Source: Promethearchaeota archaeon
GTDB taxonomy: Archaea; Asgardarchaeota; Lokiarchaeia; Sigyniarchaeales; SOKP01
Reading direction: 5' to 3'
Assembly: GCA_019058295.1 (NCBI GenBank)
Contig: JAHPZI010000015.1
Coordinates: forward strand, 32,001-96,000
Length of the DNA: 64,000 nucleotides
Shown here: positions 59,120-64,000 of the stretch, piece after piece
Numbering within the stretch: the stretch's first letter is position 1
How the letters are laid out: each line of letters opens with the position of its first letter
Position numbers and translations under genes: made by a program
The notes under the pieces: generated by a model
Database searches by the model: none
Told to the model about the DNA's origin: nothing
The model's input: only the letters and a program-made list of their open reading frames with translations

Positions 59120-60610
59120 GTGAAAAAGACGAATAAAGAGGATATTTGCTTTATGTCAGCTTGCGATATGATAGATAAAATTAAAAGGCAAGAATTAACA
59201 TCGCAAGAAATAACTGAAGCTATAATCGAAAGAATTGAAAGAATAAATCCAATAATTAACGCCTATTGTACTCCTACCTTCGATCTTGCAAGAGAAACCG
59301 CTAAGAAAGCGGATGAGGCCGTGAAAAAGGGAGAAAAGCTAGGTTTGTTGCATGGAGTCCCTACTTCTATAAAGGACGAAGTAGAAACTAAGGGTATAAG
59401 AAGTACTTTTGGATGTGTAATATTTGAGAATTACATCCCAGAAGAGGATGATGTCGCAGTGGCGAGGTTAAAAGATGCAGGTATAGTTATGTTAGGAAAA
59501 ACCAATACCCCAGCATTTGGATATGCCCCAATTACGAATAATAAGATTTTTGGACCATCTAAAAACCCTTGGGATTTAACCAAAACGCCTGGTGGTTCAA
59601 GTGGTGGTGCTGCTGCAGCATGTGTCGCTGGATTGGCCCCTATTAATCTTGGGGGTGATGGGGGAGGTTCTATAAGAATTCCTAGTAGTTGGTCAGGATG
59701 TTTTGGAATAAAACCCACCTTTGGCAGAGTCCCTCATTTATTTGCTAAGTTAGGTGGAACTGCAGCAACTCTAAGCCAAGGAGGACCTCTCGTAAGGTAT
59801 GTGAAAGACGCGGCGTTATATCTTGATGTAGTATGTGGCCCACACGAATCAGATAAATATTCTGCACCAAAACCTCCGTATAGTTTTCTTGAGAAACTGA
59901 ACGAGACGCCTAAAAAACTAAAAATTGGTATTACTTTCGATATGAACAATGTACAAGCAATTGATCCCGAAGTTAGGAAGATTGTCTTAGATAGCGCTGA
60001 AAAATTAACCCAAATGGGTTGGACACTCGAAGAGAGTAAATTAATTAATCTGAAAGAATCCTCAAAAACTTTGCTTGGTGTAAAGAGGCCTAAGCTTAGA
60101 AGTCCCTCCATCGTCATAGGAACAATCTGGGCAACGAGCTTTGCACATGTTTTAAAAGTAACTAAGTTATATAATAAATGGAAGGATAAAATGGACGATA
60201 CATTAATAACTATGTGTAAAATGGGGGAGGCATTCTCAGCACAGGATGTTAAAGTTGCTGAATTACAAATAGAAATGATTAATGAAAATATCGCAGAACA
60301 CTTTAAGGAATACGATATTTTAATATCTCCTGCAACGACCATTCCTGCACCACCCTTCGACACTACATTATTAGACTTAATTGAAGTAGATGGGAGAAAG
60401 ACGAATTCTACTGATTGGGCGGCTTTTACTTACCCATTCAACTTTAGCGGTCATCCGGGAGCGTCGATTCCGTGTGGATGGCATAGTAGCGGACTACCCA
60501 TAGGAATGCAAATTGTCGGAAAGCGATGGGACGAAGTCACTGTCCTTCAAGTGTCAAAAGCTTTCGAAGAAATAGCTCCATGGCAAGATAAAAAACCTAA
60601 TTTTAATTAA
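59120..60610 (+). CDS. Amidase signature family protein
   Basis: GVPTSIKD, GKTNTP, PGGSSGG, GDGGGSIRIP, GLPIGMQ. Confidence 0.95.
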   Translation: MKKTNKEDICFMSACDMIDKIKRQELTSQEITEAIIERIERINPIINAYCTPTFDLARETAKKADEAVKKGEKLGLLHGVPTSIKDEVETKGIRSTFGCVIFENYIPEEDDVAVARLKDAGIVMLGKTNTPAFGYAPITNNKIFGPSKNPWDLTKTPGGSSGGAAAACVAGLAPINLGGDGGGSIRIPSSWSGCFGIKPTFGRVPHLFAKLGGTAATLSQGGPLVRYVKDAALYLDVVCGPHESDKYSAPKPPYSFLEKLNETPKKLKIGITFDMNNVQAIDPEVRKIVLDSAEKLTQMGWTLEESKLINLKESSKTLLGVKRPKLRSPSIVIGTIWATSFAHVLKVTKLYNKWKDKMDDTLITMCKMGEAFSAQDVKVAELQIEMINENIAEHFKEYDILISPATTIPAPPFDTTLLDLIEVDGRKTNSTDWAAFTYPFNFSGHPGASIPCGWHSSGLPIGMQIVGKRWDEVTVLQVSKAFEEIAPWQDKKPNFN

Positions 60611-60794
60611 CAGATTTTTTTATAAATTATTTTATTTATTATTATTTTTTTCTGACTTTTTTTCTTGGTTATTTATATAGAGAGTGGTGACTTTTCTAAA
60701 ATGCCTTTAGAAGTTCCGTAAGTGTCGAATTGAGATTAACTAAACTTATTATTAAACACTATAAAACAAGATTTAGAATACTGTATAAGATTAG

Positions 60795-61586
60795 TCAAAT
60801 AAATGCAATTAGAAATGTCAATGAACTTATACTTAAAATAAGAATAAGTAGAATTATTATTGATGAGCCCTTAGTCTCTTTTTCTCGAACAGCTAAATAA
60901 AAACAAAATATCCCTACTATCAATAGTATTGTCGTTCTTATCGCCATTTTTTCAGGAGTCCAGAGACCAAGTGGTGGAATATAATTATCAAAATCGGGTA
61001 TTTCTGGTCTTACTAAAAAATTAATCCAATCACAGATAAAACTCATTACAATAACCCATCCTGTTAAATAAAATAATATGATTCTTTTTCTCTCTTCATC
61101 AAAAAACTTTTCAAATCGCTCTGGTCTCTCATTGAAATCTACATTATAATAATTCGTAACAAAATAGGTTCCAATAATGAGTGTTCTTAAAGGAATAGCC
61201 AATACCCATAAAGTTATGAGATATATAATGGTAAGTGGATGTGTTAATGGATACACACCATAATTATACCATAAAATCCAGGGGTATCCAATCCAATTCC
61301 AAAATCCAGTAGACAAGCTGTCAATTATACCATCGAGAAATATAAAAAAAACAATAATGATAAATGCCTTAAGAGGTGTAGTTGCATGTCTTGGAATATA
61401 AATAGAGCAAAGCAACCATACTACCATCATAATTGAAAATAAATCCCATCCAAATAGGTCAGTTTTAGCGATTACATTAATTATGATCATTATAACTGTA
61501 AATAAACTCATTAAAACAATATAGAGTAACTCCCAATTAGCATCGATAAATTTGATGATCATATTTTTTTTAGAGAAATCTGCCAT
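60795..61586 (-). CDS. Multi-pass membrane protein of unknown function
   Basis: About 7 hydrophobic segments. Confidence 0.7.
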   Translation of the reverse strand: MADFSKKNMIIKFIDANWELLYIVLMSLFTVIMIIINVIAKTDLFGWDLFSIMMVVWLLCSIYIPRHATTPLKAFIIIVFFIFLDGIIDSLSTGFWNWIGYPWILWYNYGVYPLTHPLTIIYLITLWVLAIPLRTLIIGTYFVTNYYNVDFNERPERFEKFFDEERKRIILFYLTGWVIVMSFICDWINFLVRPEIPDFDNYIPPLGLWTPEKMAIRTTILLIVGIFCFYLAVREKETKGSSIIILLILILSISSLTFLIAFI

Positions 61587-61825
61587 AAACTTGATTGTTC
61601 ATTATTAGATTATTATTATTATTAACTTAATTCATAAGAATGTAAATTTTACGGTTTCAAATAAAGTATTTTCTGAATTTAGAGAAGAATTAATTAGTTT
61701 AGTATAAGACAAAATCTAAATTCTTTCATCATATACTCTGGAACCATTTATTACTTGCTGCGAAATTACTGAGAACTAAAAATAAAGAGAGTTCAGAAAA
61801 AAATCAAGAAAAGTTGATAATATTG

Positions 61826-62890
61826 TTATTTTTTTAATTTATTTCTCAATTTTTCCGAGATTAAATCTCCCATTTCTTTAGTTGAGAGAGTTTTTAAATT
61901 AGGATTTTTAATGTCAACTGTTCGCCCCTCTTTAAGACCTTCTTCAACTGCAGTCTCGATTTCGTTTCCTATTTTGGATTGAAAGGATTCCTCCATCATT
62001 AATTTTACGCTTAGAATCGTGCCAATTGGATTGGCAATTCCTTTTCCCGCAATATCTGGAGCAGATCCATGTATTGGTTCATACATGGAGGTTTTATTTG
62101 GATGAATATTGCCACTTGAAGCCATACCTAAGCTTCCAATCAGAAATGCGGCCTCATCACTAATGATGTCTCCAAACATGTTTCCAGTGACGACGGTTTG
62201 GTAGGCGTATGGTGTTCGGATGAGCCATTGACAAAACGCATCAATATAGATATCCTCCTTCTTTAAATTGGGATATTCTGAGCCAATTTCATGAAAAATT
62301 TTACGCCATAGCTGGCTTGGTTTTAAAATATTAGCCTTATCAACAGATGTTACTTTTTTATGACCCTTCCTTTTAGCAAATTCAAAAGCGAATTTGATAA
62401 TCCGTTCACATCCTTCACGGGTATAATGCATTATATTCTGGGCTTCATTCTCCTTTAAATACCCGATATTTTTATATAAACCCTCTGTATTCTCTCTGAC
62501 AAAATAAATATCAATTCCATCACCAATCAATTCATCCCTTAAAGGACATCGATCCCTCAATGGTTCATAAAGTTTTATTGGTCTTAAATTCACATATAAA
62601 TCTAATCCCTGTCTAATATTCAAAATTGCAATTTCGGCTACTCCTTGAGGTAATCCAGGAATTCCAATTGCCCCAAATAACAACGCATCCGAATTTTTAA
62701 TTGTTTCAAATGATTTTTCAGGCAAACTTTCACCATATTTTTTCCATACAGCACCACCCGCTGGAGCTTCTTTGAATTCAAACTCAAAATCAGTATAACT
62801 ACTAATCACTTTTAAAATCTTAATGCCCTCGTCTACTACCTCAGGACCTACCCCATCCCCTTTGCAAATAGATATTATTTTTTTAATCAA
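61826..62890 (-). CDS. leuB: 3-isopropylmalate dehydrogenase (isocitrate/isopropylmalate dehydrogenase family)
   Basis: GDGVGPEV, NLRP, RENTEGLY, SVDKANIL, GNMFGDIISDEA, YEPIHGSAPDIAGKGIANP; substrate not certain. Confidence 0.8.
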   Translation of the reverse strand: MIKKIISICKGDGVGPEVVDEGIKILKVISSYTDFEFEFKEAPAGGAVWKKYGESLPEKSFETIKNSDALLFGAIGIPGLPQGVAEIAILNIRQGLDLYVNLRPIKLYEPLRDRCPLRDELIGDGIDIYFVRENTEGLYKNIGYLKENEAQNIMHYTREGCERIIKFAFEFAKRKGHKKVTSVDKANILKPSQLWRKIFHEIGSEYPNLKKEDIYIDAFCQWLIRTPYAYQTVVTGNMFGDIISDEAAFLIGSLGMASSGNIHPNKTSMYEPIHGSAPDIAGKGIANPIGTILSVKLMMEESFQSKIGNEIETAVEEGLKEGRTVDIKNPNLKTLSTKEMGDLISEKLRNKLKK

Positions 62891-63324
62891 ATTCTAATCC
62901 TTTAATTATGCTTTAAATAATTATTACGATATAATGTTATTAAATTTTCAGAGAATTACTAAAAAATTATATGGAAATTAAAAGCCTCTTTTTGTTTAAA
63001 CTTTAATAATTGATGCTTATCATCATAATTGATTAATATTAACCTTATTATAAGGATATTTCATTATATAATTTTGAGTAATAACCCCGAGCACCTTATT
63101 TTATATCAAGATCTCAGAGCTAACAGCTCGGTTTAATCTCGTGGCTTTTCTTCTAAGACTTCTTATTTTCATTTTTCTGTCGATCGGATAAAATATATTA
63201 ACCCAAACATAATAAATCGAAAAATTTACGCAATCTTTAAATATTTGAAAGAAGTATTATTAAATAATAAAGTTCATGTTAAAAAATGTGGACTTTGTAA
63301 TAAAAAAAAATAAAAAATTCTATC

Positions 63325-63344
63325 TTTCGGTTAATTAACCGAAA
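63325..63344. promoter_or_regulatory. Perfect 20-bp palindrome in the histone gene leader
   Basis: TTTCGGTTAATTAACCGAAA equals its own reverse complement; 26 nt before the ATG and just upstream of the GGAGG SD. Confidence 0.5.
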
Positions 63345-63370
63345 TAATTAAAAAGTGGAGGAATAATAAA

Positions 63371-63583
63371 ATGGCTAAAAAAGTTTTTGCCTGGAGTCCA
63401 GTCCGAAAATTAATGAAAGATAATGGCGCTGAAATGGTTGCTCGAGATGCTGTAGATGCTTTAATTGATTATTTAGAGAAAACCGCTAAAGGAGTCACAA
63501 ATAAAGCATTAGAAATGACTCGACACGCTGGAAGAAAGAAACTCACTCTAGAAGATATGGACTTGGCAATGAAATTAATGTAA
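63371..63583 (+). CDS. Archaeal histone (HMfB-like, tailless)
   Basis: SPVRKLMK..GAE.VARDA...A..HAGRKKL...D histone fold; strong SD GGAGG; T-rich tract downstream. Confidence 0.93.
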   Translation: MAKKVFAWSPVRKLMKDNGAEMVARDAVDALIDYLEKTAKGVTNKALEMTRHAGRKKLTLEDMDLAMKLM

Positions 63584-63639
63584 AAAAATCTTTAACTAAA
63601 TTAAAAAATTATTTATTCTCTTTTTTTTTATTAATTTTT

Positions 63640-64000
63640 GTGAAATTTAACGATTTAAGCATAAAGACTCTTTCATGTATTCAAGTTATTCTCGCAGTAA
63701 TCATCTCACTCATATTTACTTTTGTTGTTCCACTTGAATGGCAACCACTTACCGCAAAAGAGATAGAGCTTGGTATATCTCCTTCTGAAGTGGGCGGTTT
63801 AGGGCCAATTCCTTATCATATATTTACATTAAGTCAATGGTATTTTTCGTTTTCAATAGTCTGGTTTATTAAACGTGATAATCCGTACTTAAATAACTAC
63901 CTCGTTGTGTCATTTGTCCCTTTAGTCTCCATAATCATTTGGGAATTTTTCTTCTTAGGGCTTTATTACGATTATATCCACATTCTTCCAGCAATTATTA
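63640..64000 (+). CDS. Membrane protein, 3'-truncated by the window edge (absent from the ORF track)
   Basis: GTG 63640 opens a stop-free frame to the end: (M)KFNDLSIKTLSCIQVILAVIISLIFTFVVPLEWQPL...GGLGPIPYHIFTLSQWYFSF...YDYIHILPAII. Confidence 0.7.
   Translation, partial: MKFNDLSIKTLSCIQVILAVIISLIFTFVVPLEWQPLTAKEIELGISPSEVGGLGPIPYHIFTLSQWYFSFSIVWFIKRDNPYLNNYLVVSFVPLVSIIIWEFFFLGLYYDYIHILPAII

Noticed and set aside
59734-60363. 209-aa antisense ORF inside the amidase, and the many other 60-120 aa overlapping ORFs in the track
   Set aside because: They lie on the opposite strand or in an alternate frame of well-supported genes and show no motifs; they are shadow ORFs
59120-60610. Calling the amidase gatA
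   Set aside because: It has GDGGGSIR rather than the GatA-typical SDTGGSIRQP, and no gatB/gatC is adjacent
60680-60800. SD-like GGTGA plus ATG giving MPLEVP*
   Set aside because: Only six codons; indistinguishable from chance
61630-61820. Coding-like stretch (KNVNFTVSNKVFSEFREELISLV*) between convergent/tandem genes
   Set aside because: Multiple stops, no start, no recognisable family; cannot be supported as a pseudogene without a search
1-64000. rRNA, tRNA, CRISPR, IS elements, provirus
   Set aside because: No GC-rich structured RNA blocks, spaced direct repeats, transposase, integrase or capsid motifs were recognised by eye

Overview
AT-rich (roughly 30% GC by eye), densely coding archaeal DNA, most consistent with an Asgard archaeon of the Lokiarchaeia (Promethearchaeota). 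The basis is a tailless HMfB-type histone, two tungsten aldehyde:ferredoxin oxidoreductases (AORs), an ADP-forming acyl-CoA synthetase, ThiN, and several eukaryotic-signature-type proteins: a Rab-like GTPase, a roadblock-GTPase fusion, two longin-like proteins and a RING-H2/TPR protein. About 50 CDS; I recognised no rRNA, tRNA, CRISPR array or transposase. The main candidate novel system is a very compact six-gene cluster (26251-34553): RhaA, RhaB, an archaeal FucA-type class II aldolase, a tungsten AOR, Ni-pincer lactate racemase LarA and a GlcD-type FAD dehydrogenase with a fused Fe-S domain. Together these read as a complete anaerobic phosphorylative route, L-rhamnose -> DHAP + L-lactaldehyde -> L-lactate -> D-lactate -> pyruvate, with ferredoxin-linked lactaldehyde oxidation. 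Other notable items: a 1978-aa membrane-anchored gingipain-like (C25) protease with a higher-order repeat scaffold and a cytoplasmic zinc ribbon; a roadblock-GTPase-pseudoGTPase fusion; candidate non-canonical (ATA/ATC) start codons; thiD and thiN split, convergent and sharing a palindromic TTATAA end; and a perfect 20-bp palindrome in the histone leader. All assignments come from motif recognition by eye; no searches were run.
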